From an uncultured cyanobacterium (GTDB taxonomy: Bacteria; Cyanobacteriota; Cyanobacteriia; Cyanobacteriales; CAWUOF01), in NCBI GenBank assembly GCA_963744145.1, contig CAVUSO010000001.1, positions 704,001 to 768,000 of the forward strand: DNA of 64,000 nucleotides. Direction: 5' to 3'. The first letter of the stretch is position 1, and each line of letters begins with the position of its first letter. The notes under the pieces are model-generated. The model saw nothing but the letters and a program-made list of their open reading frames with translations. It did no database searches and was not told the origin of the DNA. Shown here piece by piece: positions 33,943-42,788 of this stretch. The position numbers were made by a program, and so were the translations under genes.

Positions 33943-35037
33943 TTTTTTTACTACATCATCTGATAAACCAAGTTTTTTGATTTCTTGGTTAACTTGATTC
34001 AATCTAGTTTCTGCTAATTCTAATTCTTGCTCATCAGCATTAATCTTTGCTAACTTCACCGCTGTTTTATAGCGAGTTTTAGCCAATTGCCACAGGTTTT
34101 GCTTTAAGTAAATATCTCCTAATTTTCGATAAGTCTGGGGAATTTGACTACCATCTTTTACCAATGATTCGAGGATGTTTCTGATGTCAGAGATTAAATG
34201 ATTTTTTTGGTAAACGCTATACAAGTCTTGCAGATATTTTTCCTCTTTCGATATGTTTAAAGAGTTGATCAAATTAATGGTATCTTGCACTTGCTTAATT
34301 GTTTCTGGTTTAAGCATAGCAAAAGTTGATTCGCTGGCTTCTAGATAATTTTGAGATCCTTCAGTTTTGACCTCAATCGTTAATTTATATTCATGTCCAG
34401 GGACTAAAGCTGGTACATCACTAGGATAGTCCCATGTAATCTCATTTTCCACTGATTTAGGTGGATTGGTCACAGCTCTTTCCCAGTTGAGTCCGTCCTC
34501 AGTTATATCTATGATGCTTACACTATAACTGGTTATTCCTGACACAGCGTGCCAAGAAATTCTTGGTCGAGCATTGATGATATCTGTTTCGTAGAGACTA
34601 ATAATATAAGGTAAATTAGGATCATTTTCCGGACCACGCGGATCAGGATCATAACAATTTTTGTTTTCGGGACAAATTACTTCTGATGCAGGTTGTGGAC
34701 AGTGAGCGCCAACAGGTGAATTCCCAGGAGATACTTGCCAAGTTTCCCCAGAAGCGTAGCAGAGAGCAGTTATATCAGCACCTGGGCTAGGTTGTAAGAT
34801 ATCATCGCTATAAATTAATGTACCAGCTTTAATTTTGCGATCGTTTTGAACAGAAAGAATCCGTCCCACGGGAGTCTTCTTGACCGTTGTAGCTGCAACT
34901 GGTTCGATTTGGATCAAATTGACATGGTTGCTAGTTTTCTCCTTGGGAGCAAATAGGAACGAGGTTATGGCTAAAGAAATGGATGTTAGAATTGAAAAGG
35001 ATCTTTTGGTTTTCATAGTTGATCTCCTGCTTGTCAT
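33937..35037 (-). CDS. Exported protein with DUF928-like beta domain and C-terminal TPR
   Basis: Signal-like N-terminus, PRG...PYIIS..RP.ISW motif, TPR (YRKLGDIY..A..RY..A); convergent with the CHAT gene. Confidence 0.6.
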   Translation of the reverse strand: MTSRRSTMKTKRSFSILTSISLAITSFLFAPKEKTSNHVNLIQIEPVAATTVKKTPVGRILSVQNDRKIKAGTLIYSDDILQPSPGADITALCYASGETWQVSPGNSPVGAHCPQPASEVICPENKNCYDPDPRGPENDPNLPYIISLYETDIINARPRISWHAVSGITSYSVSIIDITEDGLNWERAVTNPPKSVENEITWDYPSDVPALVPGHEYKLTIEVKTEGSQNYLEASESTFAMLKPETIKQVQDTINLINSLNISKEEKYLQDLYSVYQKNHLISDIRNILESLVKDGSQIPQTYRKLGDIYLKQNLWQLAKTRYKTAVKLAKINADEQELELAETRLNQVNQEIKKLGLSDDVVKKL

Positions 35038-35348
35038 CGGTGCGATCGCTCGTTAAAAACAGCATAACTCACCTCACTAATTTGTAAGTCTTGACTGAAT
35101 CGGTATGAGAACCTTCAGCTTTAAAAATGTTATGACTGGGTTAATTTTAGGTGATATCATACCAAATAGCAAACTGATTGTTAAAAAAAAGTTATGAAAT
35201 GGTAGGAAAATCTGAAAATATCGCATTGGTTCAGAAGCAGCAGATCAGGAATAGTGAAGCTAAAAGCGTTCAGTCAGGGATAATCTGTACACCAGTAAAT
35301 GTTAGAGTAAAAGCAGCAAAAAATAAAATTACACCAATTAATAAATTG

Positions 35349-35533
35349 AGGGTTGTTTCATGCTAGGTCGCTCCCATGCTTAGACCTAACACCCCAACCC
35401 CCTTCCCTAGAAGGGAAGGGGGAGTAATTAAGATGATTAAATTAATGGGAGTGAATCAGAGTCATTCTTGCTCCCCTTTCCTCTTAGGAGAGGGGTTGGG
35501 GGAGAGGTCCTTCTGCTAGAATGAAACAGCCCT
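35349..35533. mobile_element. MITE-like 185-bp element
   Basis: 18-bp terminal inverted repeats AGGGTTGTTTCATGCTAG / CTAGAATGAAACAGCCCT (16/18 match) enclosing CCCCTTCCCT..AGGGAAGGGG-type palindromes; no coding capacity. Confidence 0.65.
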
Positions 35534-35549
35534 GCAATTGCTAGTGAGG

Positions 35550-35948
35550 TTAACTATTGATGAATTCCCAAATATCTTGCAAACACTCTACCTCATCAAT
35601 CCCAAATTCATGCCAATCGTTAGGATGGGGTATATATTCAAGCAAGTTCTTCCACAAACTTGCCATTGAAATATTAGACTTAAAGCAAATCACACTAGCC
35701 AAAACTGCCAGAGCATTATCTAATAGTTCACTATTAACATTTTCTAATTTCTTTTTTGATACACCCAAACTACCAAAATACAAGATCAGATTATCTTTTT
35801 TATATTGAACTTGAATAGCTAGAGAATTAGCAGGTTTCTGAAATTCAATCAAAGACCAACTATCTGTTTCACGACGCCAAATTTCTCTCATGTTCATATT
35901 TAACACTCCTAAATTTTGGGAATGACTAAATCCACTAAGCTTAACCAC
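35550..35948 (-). CDS. Hypothetical protein downstream of the WYL gene
   Basis: ORF; likely start at the ATG after AGGAG (MNMREIW, ~35897). No motif recognised. Confidence 0.45.
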   Translation of the reverse strand: MVKLSGFSHSQNLGVLNMNMREIWRRETDSWSLIEFQKPANSLAIQVQYKKDNLILYFGSLGVSKKKLENVNSELLDNALAVLASVICFKSNISMASLWKNLLEYIPHPNDWHEFGIDEVECLQDIWEFINS

Positions 35949-36011
35949 AACTGCTCTACCTCGGATTGCGGAAGTTTCACCAAAAATTCTGCCTAAATGA
36001 CTGCAACAATT

Positions 36012-37484
36012 TTATTGACTGATGCTGATTTTAGTTTCCGACTGATAGTTCGCTAATTCTTGTGCTGCTTCAGTTTGCAAAAGTTGTCTGATTGATAAGG
36101 GGGCAATCACTTCACCATTAGGTCTCCAATCTCGCAAGCGCATCAAAACATTAACATCTCCAGTCCGAATCCAACCTTGGTAATAGGCGTCAATCTCAGA
36201 TTTTTGAGCAATTATTTGTAATAATTGTTGCTGTTGCTGTAGATCTTTGATCTGCTCACGGATCAGGTGAGGTAGGTTTTGATGGGCGATCGTTTGAAAG
36301 GTAGGATGTCTAAATGTATCTTGAACATACCAACGTGCAAATTCAGTAGGAAAACGGACAATGAATAATTCTGCTGGTCGATAAAAATCAAATCCCCAAG
36401 CTTCATTTAATTCATTTTGCACTGTTGTTGGTGTCGGTAATTGACCAGAGCGCCACAGATTTTTGAGGGGTTTAGGTACATCCGGATCTCCCCATGCTAA
36501 GATTTTTAGTTGGTTTGAGGTAATCCGATCAAGACGATAATTATGCCAGCCAAATTTGCCTTTTGGATCTTTGCCATAGGCACTCAGATATTTAGCCCGT
36601 CGGATATAATGCAAGCAAACTGGATATACTGTAATTAAGATTTCTTGGGATTGGGAAACTGACCAATAGGGAAATTGAACTACTCCTCCTTCATGTTTGT
36701 GCCATAAGGATTCGAGTTGTGCTTGATAATCATCGACTTGATCTTGTTGGTCTGGGGAGAGAATATAATCTAGATGAATAAAAATCCGTTTACTAGGTGT
36801 TTGTGCGGTTTGGGAAATTGCCCGATCGCTGACTTGGGTCCGGAGCGAGTCGATCAGGATTTCTATATTTGGTTGGACAAATGCGATCGATTCTAATACT
36901 TGTAATATTTCCGAAATTTGGGTTTTCGATAGTTCATCACCGTTCTGATTGGGGATAATTTCCGTTGGGGGAGGTGGGAATTTAGAACTGGGGATACATT
37001 GGTAATATTGACGACGGGGCGATCGCAACCATCCCTGTTCTACCAATTTTTTGAGGTCATCCCGAATCGAGCGATGGACAGTAGCAAAAGGACGCTCTCG
37101 TAATTTTTTAGCTAATTCTGCTTTGGGTATCCCTGTCATTTGCATGACTATTTTCGTCCATTCAGATTCAGATTGAGCTGTATTCGGAGTAAAGAGTAAT
37201 TCTTTTGAAGATTGATGACAAATACAACTTGAATCTCGACAATTAGCTAGCAGTTGATCAGCCGTCAGCAGATCACTGGTCGGATGGGTAGGTGCAAATA
37301 GGAGATCCCGGAGTTCCGGATAGATAAAAGTTTGGGATAAGATGGCTCGAATGGGAGACTCCGAACTATAAAACCGTTGCAATAATACCCATAAACGGAG
37401 CGATCGCAGCAACCGATTGGCCAATTGACCACCTGCTAACCATTGCAGAATCTGGGGACTGGGAGGATAGATAAAAGTAGACAA
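36012..37484 (-). CDS. CRISPR-associated WYL-domain regulator (TIGR03985-like)
   Basis: HTH-like RSIRDDLKKLVEQGWL, WYL core YPVCLHY..RAKYLSAYG and WHNYRLDRI, C-terminal EVIAP..IR; divergent from csx3. Confidence 0.88.
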   Translation of the reverse strand: MSTFIYPPSPQILQWLAGGQLANRLLRSLRLWVLLQRFYSSESPIRAILSQTFIYPELRDLLFAPTHPTSDLLTADQLLANCRDSSCICHQSSKELLFTPNTAQSESEWTKIVMQMTGIPKAELAKKLRERPFATVHRSIRDDLKKLVEQGWLRSPRRQYYQCIPSSKFPPPPTEIIPNQNGDELSKTQISEILQVLESIAFVQPNIEILIDSLRTQVSDRAISQTAQTPSKRIFIHLDYILSPDQQDQVDDYQAQLESLWHKHEGGVVQFPYWSVSQSQEILITVYPVCLHYIRRAKYLSAYGKDPKGKFGWHNYRLDRITSNQLKILAWGDPDVPKPLKNLWRSGQLPTPTTVQNELNEAWGFDFYRPAELFIVRFPTEFARWYVQDTFRHPTFQTIAHQNLPHLIREQIKDLQQQQQLLQIIAQKSEIDAYYQGWIRTGDVNVLMRLRDWRPNGEVIAPLSIRQLLQTEAAQELANYQSETKISISQ

Positions 37485-37549
37485 TAATGGAAACCCCTTA
37501 TTCCAAGCGGGATTAATATAGGAGCAGAGTCGAAATTTGGTATTGAATC

Positions 37550-38467
37550 ATGAACTATACAACTGCGCCCGGTATGCGTTTTACCCTATCTAGTCATTGT
37601 AATCCCGAAGGATTAAAGTATCAACTGTTATTCGTAGAATTAACTCGGAAAGACAGAATTATTCACCCAGAGGAATTAGCCGAAATTGAACTACCCCAGG
37701 GAATAGATACAACTGGGGGGGTAGTGATTTCCGGTCGTGGGCCAATTTGGTTACATGACTATCTCGTCCATGAGCTACATCCAACAGCTTGGATTGGTTG
37801 TTTTGAACCGAGGTTTAATTCTGCGATCGTCGTTGCTACTCATACGAGTTCAGTTAAAGTCGGTCAAGTGATTCCCTTAACACCCCTGGAAGTGAGTTTT
37901 TTAGGTAGTGCTTTGATGATTGTCGGACCTCCTAATAGTGGGAAAAGCGTTTTGTCATATACTTTATTTAAAGCTTTGCTATCAGAATTTCCAGATATTT
38001 ATTTACAACGTGCTAACTGGGATGGGGAAGGTAATTATGTATTGGAATTAACAGCACAAGCTAGTAAAGATGCAGAAGGGTTTAAAGCAGATAATAAGGG
38101 AGGTTTAACACCGCAATTCTTTCCCTACCACGCGCAAGCAATTCTCCAATTAAGACGACAAAAATCTTTAGTAATTGTTGATGTAGGTGGGATGGTACAG
38201 CCAGAAAAACAACCGATTTTAGAAGCTTGTTCTCATTATTTGATCATTAGTTCACGTCCAGAAGAAGTAGAAAAATGGCACGAATTTTGTCGCGATCGGG
38301 GTAATCTCCAACCTGTCGCTGTGATTCACAGTACATTAGAGCAGCAGGAAATTATGCACCAACAACAACCTTACTTAGAGATCACTTGTGGTCCTTGGAT
38401 TAGCGGACAAGAATCAGTAATTCCTAGCACATTAATGGAACAAGTACGCACTTTGGTAAAGAAATGA
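37550..38467 (+). CDS. csx3: Csx3 (Crn3) ring-nuclease domain fused to a P-loop NTPase
   Basis: N-terminal GVVISGRGPIWLHDYLVHELH, EPR, VVATH; C-terminal GPPNSGKS and VIVDVGG. Confidence 0.85.
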   Translation: MNYTTAPGMRFTLSSHCNPEGLKYQLLFVELTRKDRIIHPEELAEIELPQGIDTTGGVVISGRGPIWLHDYLVHELHPTAWIGCFEPRFNSAIVVATHTSSVKVGQVIPLTPLEVSFLGSALMIVGPPNSGKSVLSYTLFKALLSEFPDIYLQRANWDGEGNYVLELTAQASKDAEGFKADNKGGLTPQFFPYHAQAILQLRRQKSLVIVDVGGMVQPEKQPILEACSHYLIISSRPEEVEKWHEFCRDRGNLQPVAVIHSTLEQQEIMHQQQPYLEITCGPWISGQESVIPSTLMEQVRTLVKK

Positions 38468-38577
38468 TCCAAAGCTACATGATTCTTCAATAATTTCGCG
38501 ATCGGTGATGGATCGATTTACCTTGAGAGCGGATCTGGACATGAAAGATTAATTTAAAATTACGTTTCGTTAAGAGT

Positions 38578-38607
38578 TACTTTTTGCCGATCCGGTCTGC
38601 TAGATTA
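38578..38607 (+). promoter_or_regulatory. Shared type III operon promoter/operator, copy 1
   Basis: TACTTTTTGCCGATCCGGTCTGCTAGATTA; 28/30 identical to 55685-55714; ends in an extended -10-like TGcTAGATT. Confidence 0.7.
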
Positions 38608-38612
38608 GTAGT

Positions 38613-38764
38613 AGTTTTATGTGTGATGCTACTAATCTCACTTGTAATAACGAGACTTTCTCCGTAAAAATGTCCCAGGTTGGCTTGTTAGAGGCAAATT
38701 GCCGCTACGGAAGACGCCTATTCCATTAGGGTGATAAAGTAGCAATAATTTCACCAAGAGCATT
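38613..38764 (+). ncRNA. Candidate structured leader RNA of the csx3/III-D operon
   Basis: Several nested complementary segments found by eye (see findings). Also contains a 36-codon ORF at 38619-38729. Confidence 0.35.
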
Positions 38765-39094
38765 ATGAGTACAGTACAACTAAAAGTCATTCCCCATCAA
38801 ACCCAGTCTGGTGTACCGTATCAACACCTGCGCGTCGAAATTACGAATGAAAACGGCATTATTACACCAGAGGATCTCAAGGGGGTCAAGTTACCAGCAG
38901 GGATCGATTTTAGTCAAGGTATTGTTATTGAAGGAAAAGCACCGATTTGGCTGTATGGGTATTTGGTGCATGAGTGCCATCCCGCTGCATGGGTTGGGTG
39001 TTATGACCCACGTTTAGGAGTGGTGGTGGTCGCGACTCATACTCATGCGGTGGCGATCGCGGAGGTGTTTAAAGTGGATTTACCTGGGGGGTGA
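38765..39094 (+). CDS. csx3: CRISPR ring nuclease Csx3 (Crn3)
   Basis: GIVIEGKAPIWLYGYLVHECH, YDPRLG, VVVATH; 109 aa. Confidence 0.93.
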   Translation: MSTVQLKVIPHQTQSGVPYQHLRVEITNENGIITPEDLKGVKLPAGIDFSQGIVIEGKAPIWLYGYLVHECHPAAWVGCYDPRLGVVVVATHTHAVAIAEVFKVDLPGG

Positions 39095-39146
39095 GGGGCG
39101 ATCGCACTTTTTACTATTTCAATTCTGTTGACCAGTTAACCTAAAT

Positions 39147-40511
39147 TTGGAAGAATTTATGACCAGTACAAATCCTAATGATTGGGAAGATTATCAAGTT
39201 GATCATCTATTTTTGTTGGTTGGTGAGAATCCGTTACCGAATTATGTAGCAGCTAAGACATTACTTAGAGAAGGTGAAGAAGGTAAAGAAGGTGGTAAAC
39301 CTTACCTTATTTACACAAAACATACTCAAGAAGCAATGAAACGCTTACAGGAAATTTTAGAGATTCCTGAAGAACAAAGACAAAAATTAACTGTGGCATT
39401 AGAAAACTATGAATCTAATGCTCATGAAATTCGCCAGCGTATTAATGGTAAAATTACAGAGATCCGGGAACAAGAAAAGAAACAGAAAGAACCTAAATTG
39501 CGTTTTGGCTTGAATTATACGGGTGGAACTAAAGCAATGGCTGTTCATTCTTATCAAGCATTTTTAGAACTAAAAGACTTAGAGTCTGTTGTTTTTAGTT
39601 ATTTAGATTCTCGTACTATGCAAATGATGTTTGATAAGCTTTTTCCTCCTGTCTCCGTCAAAAATAAAACCAGTATTTCTCTTGTACAGCTTTTTAAGCT
39701 ACATGGGTTATCTTTGAGTAAAGATCCAAAACCTGAAGTTGTTTATCCTGAACTTATAAGCGTTTTAATCAAGACGGAAAACTTAAAAGCATGGAAAAAT
39801 TGGTGTCGAAAGATTTTACAAGTTTATGGAAAAGTTCAAAATGAAATAACAACTATGACAAAAGATAACAAAGAAATAAAGATAGTTGAATTGGGTAATT
39901 GGAAAAAGAAAAATGAACTCAACTCTCTATTTTTGGATATTCAAGAACTACCAGAAGAAATCAAAAATATCTTAATTAGTTACGATATCACTGAAAATAA
40001 TGACAAATTATCAGTTAGCAAGTTAATAGATAAACAAAAAATACCTAAACCCAGTAAGAATGAAAAATATCCAGAAGAAATATGTAAATGGCTTGATGGA
40101 ATTTGGTTAGAAGATTTTGTTTTACAAACAATCAAAAAAATTAAGCAAGAAGGAGAAATAATAATTGATGAATTTGGAATGTCATTTAATTTTCCACCAA
40201 AAGATAACATTGCTGATTTTGAGTTTGATGTGGCTTTTTTACGAGGTTATCAATTGTTTGCACTCTCTTGTACTACAGATGATACTCTTGGACTCTGTAA
40301 GTTAAAACTATTTGAAGCTTATCGGAGAGCAAAACAGATGGGAGGAGATGAAGCACGAGTCGCGTTAATTTGTTGTTCCAATAATTCCTCAAAAATTCGT
40401 GATGACTTTTTGGCTCAAATTAAAGATGAAAAAGTTAAAGTGTTCGGTATTCAAGATTTACCTGAACTCGGACAAAAACTTCGGTTATGGATTAAAGAGG
40501 TAGAAAAATAA
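39147..40511 (+). CDS. CARF + PD-(D/E)XK nuclease effector (DUF1887, Card1/Can2-like)
   Basis: CARF motifs LLVGENPLPN and LNYTGGTKAM; nuclease motifs G.WLE, EFDV, ALSCTT, GGDEAR. Confidence 0.85.
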   Translation: MEEFMTSTNPNDWEDYQVDHLFLLVGENPLPNYVAAKTLLREGEEGKEGGKPYLIYTKHTQEAMKRLQEILEIPEEQRQKLTVALENYESNAHEIRQRINGKITEIREQEKKQKEPKLRFGLNYTGGTKAMAVHSYQAFLELKDLESVVFSYLDSRTMQMMFDKLFPPVSVKNKTSISLVQLFKLHGLSLSKDPKPEVVYPELISVLIKTENLKAWKNWCRKILQVYGKVQNEITTMTKDNKEIKIVELGNWKKKNELNSLFLDIQELPEEIKNILISYDITENNDKLSVSKLIDKQKIPKPSKNEKYPEEICKWLDGIWLEDFVLQTIKKIKQEGEIIIDEFGMSFNFPPKDNIADFEFDVAFLRGYQLFALSCTTDDTLGLCKLKLFEAYRRAKQMGGDEARVALICCSNNSSKIRDDFLAQIKDEKVKVFGIQDLPELGQKLRLWIKEVEK

Positions 40512-42145
40512 TGAGTCATTATACGGCAACTATCATTGATACAACAGGTATCCAAAAGTACATTTTTGGGAGTAACCGATTAAGAGAAAATATTGGTGCT
40601 TCTCATTTGGTTAAATTAGCTACAACTGAATGGGTTGAGGATTGTCTCAAAAAAATAGGTCATGTTCATATTCCTAAAAAATGTGAAAATGAATTAGAAC
40701 CTAAAATTATTGATGTTGGTTCTAGTTATGTTGGAGAATTGATCTATGCTGGAGGTGGAAACGCAGTTATTTTATTTAAAAATGAAAATGAAGAAAAAGC
40801 AAAAGAATTTACGAAATATCTTACCCGAAAAATACTTGAATATGCACCAGGATTGAATGTTATTATTGCTCATCAAAGCTTTAACTGGGAAACCGAATTA
40901 TTAAGCGACATTATTGATCAAAAATTAATTAAGCAGAAACTAGACCCAAAAAAAAGAAACCCAATTGAATCAGTTCCATTATTGGGTTTGGGGGTAACAG
41001 CAACTTGTAATTCGACAGGGTTAGTTGCAGTAGAAGATACTAATGGTCAATATGGAATCCGGAACGGAGAAGGATATTTGGCTTCTCGGGAAATTGTGAC
41101 CAAACTCAAAGCCGCAGAAAAAGCTAATGAGGAATTGGAAAAGTTACTGTCTCTAAAAGGTACTTATCAAGTTGCTCGTGATGTTGATGATATGGGCCGT
41201 TCGGAAGGAGAAAGTAGTTATGTAGCTATTGTTCATGCTGACGGGAATAGAATGGGTAAAAGATTTGAAAAATATGCTGAAAATTATTGCCAACAATGTT
41301 CTTCAATTGCAGAGGAAAATAAAAATTATATTGTAGCTATGCGAAATCTTTCTTGGTCTGTAAACAGAGCCGGAGAGACAACTATAAAAGAAGTTGGCAA
41401 ATTTCTCAACCATGCAATTGAACGAAAAATTGTTAATATCAAAGAGAATTATTTTCCTTTTCGACCAATTGTTTATGGCGGGGATGATATTATTTTTATT
41501 GGTGATGGTCGAATTGGTATTTCATTAGCAGTTGAGTTCTTAAAGCGATTTGAAAAAAATACTGAAAATCTACCTGATCAGCAGGGGAAAGTAACAGCTT
41601 GTGCAGGTATTGCTATTGTCAAAACTCATTATCCATTTGTTAGAGCTTATGAATTATGCGAAGCATTATGTGGTAATGCTAAAAAGTTTTTTAGAGACGA
41701 GGTTGAAAAAAATCCTGAAGCATCTTTTTCAGCTATAGATTGGCATATTGCAGCAAGTGGTGTTTTAGGAAAACTTAATGAGGTTCGAGAGCGAGAATAT
41801 CAGGGTGGGAAGTTAACAGCACGTCCAATGAGATCGCATGAATATGCAGGTAGCTGGTTTATGTGGGAAGATATGGCAAAAGTTATTCAGGAATTTAAGG
41901 AGGGGGTAGCTTGGAAAGATAAGCAAAATAAAGTAATAACTTTGCGTCAAGTGTTAAGAGAAGGAGATAAAGCTACCGAGCAGTTTTTAATTGCCTGTGG
42001 TGATGAATTACCAGAATTTTCAAAAGCAAATTCAATAGTTAAAAAACAAGGTTGGTTAAACAATAAGTGTTATTACTTTGATGCTATTGAAGCAATGAAG
42101 TTCTATATCCCGTTAGGAGGAGATGATGTACTCAATCAAGATTAA
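40511..42145 (+). CDS. cas10: Cas10 (type III-D), palm domains only, no HD domain
   Basis: DTTGIQKYIF at the very N-terminus, YAGGGN, HADGN.MG, YGGDD. Confidence 0.92.
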   Translation: MSHYTATIIDTTGIQKYIFGSNRLRENIGASHLVKLATTEWVEDCLKKIGHVHIPKKCENELEPKIIDVGSSYVGELIYAGGGNAVILFKNENEEKAKEFTKYLTRKILEYAPGLNVIIAHQSFNWETELLSDIIDQKLIKQKLDPKKRNPIESVPLLGLGVTATCNSTGLVAVEDTNGQYGIRNGEGYLASREIVTKLKAAEKANEELEKLLSLKGTYQVARDVDDMGRSEGESSYVAIVHADGNRMGKRFEKYAENYCQQCSSIAEENKNYIVAMRNLSWSVNRAGETTIKEVGKFLNHAIERKIVNIKENYFPFRPIVYGGDDIIFIGDGRIGISLAVEFLKRFEKNTENLPDQQGKVTACAGIAIVKTHYPFVRAYELCEALCGNAKKFFRDEVEKNPEASFSAIDWHIAASGVLGKLNEVREREYQGGKLTARPMRSHEYAGSWFMWEDMAKVIQEFKEGVAWKDKQNKVITLRQVLREGDKATEQFLIACGDELPEFSKANSIVKKQGWLNNKCYYFDAIEAMKFYIPLGGDDVLNQD

Positions 42146-42788
42146 ACTACTCAGCGATACTACTTTTGGGCGAGGAGATGGTGTTGCAGGATTAATTGAT
42201 GCTGAAGTTGAACATGATCGCTATGGTTTTCCTTATTTGCGAGGACGCACCCTCAAAGGACTACTGAGTGAGGAGTGTGATAATCTAATTTTGCTGTTAC
42301 CAGAGTCCCAACAACAAACATGGATTGAGATTAGATATCAACTGTTTGGACAAGCAGGAAGCACTCAAGAAACAATGGCTCAGATGCACGTTGGTGATGC
42401 TTGCCTTCCTTCAGGTTTAAGAAACGCAATCGCACAACAACAACAAGAAAATAGTTTTCCGACTCGTTTAGATGTTCTAAATTCTCTAACTGGAATTCGT
42501 CAACAAACTGCAATTAATTCAGATACAGGAGCAGCTGATCCCCATAGTTTACGGAATGCGCGTGTTATCATCCGCGATCGCTATGATGCTCAACCCAGTT
42601 ACACAGCTCCCTTATTTTTTGATGTAAAGCCTACATCAGAAATGTTAGGGCTACTGGGTGCAGGAGCTTTAGCCCTCAGACGTATTGGGAGCGATCGAAA
42701 TCGAGGGCGGGGTCATGTGCAATGTAGTTTGTACTATCAAGAGGAAAATATTAGTGCCAAATATCTCGATTGGTTAGGAGAAAATTAA
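42123..42788 (+). CDS. cas7: Cas7-group RAMP (Csm3-like)
   Basis: LLSD, GFPYLRGRTLKGLL, LFG, QTAI, IGSDRNRGRG loop. Confidence 0.88.
   Translation: MMYSIKIKLLSDTTFGRGDGVAGLIDAEVEHDRYGFPYLRGRTLKGLLSEECDNLILLLPESQQQTWIEIRYQLFGQAGSTQETMAQMHVGDACLPSGLRNAIAQQQQENSFPTRLDVLNSLTGIRQQTAINSDTGAADPHSLRNARVIIRDRYDAQPSYTAPLFFDVKPTSEMLGLLGAGALALRRIGSDRNRGRGHVQCSLYYQEENISAKYLDWLGEN

Noticed and set aside
38613..38760. tRNA or c-di-GMP riboswitch in the csx3 leader (TTC loop, CCA, GGCAAA)
   Set aside because: Arm lengths and invariant tRNA bases do not fit, and the rest of the c-di-GMP-I consensus is absent; kept only as an unassigned structured RNA candidate.
39147..42570. Apparent absence of HIP1 in the CARF-cas10 segment as evidence of recent transfer
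   Set aside because: About 3.4 kb scanned by eye is too little to separate from chance without genome-wide counts.
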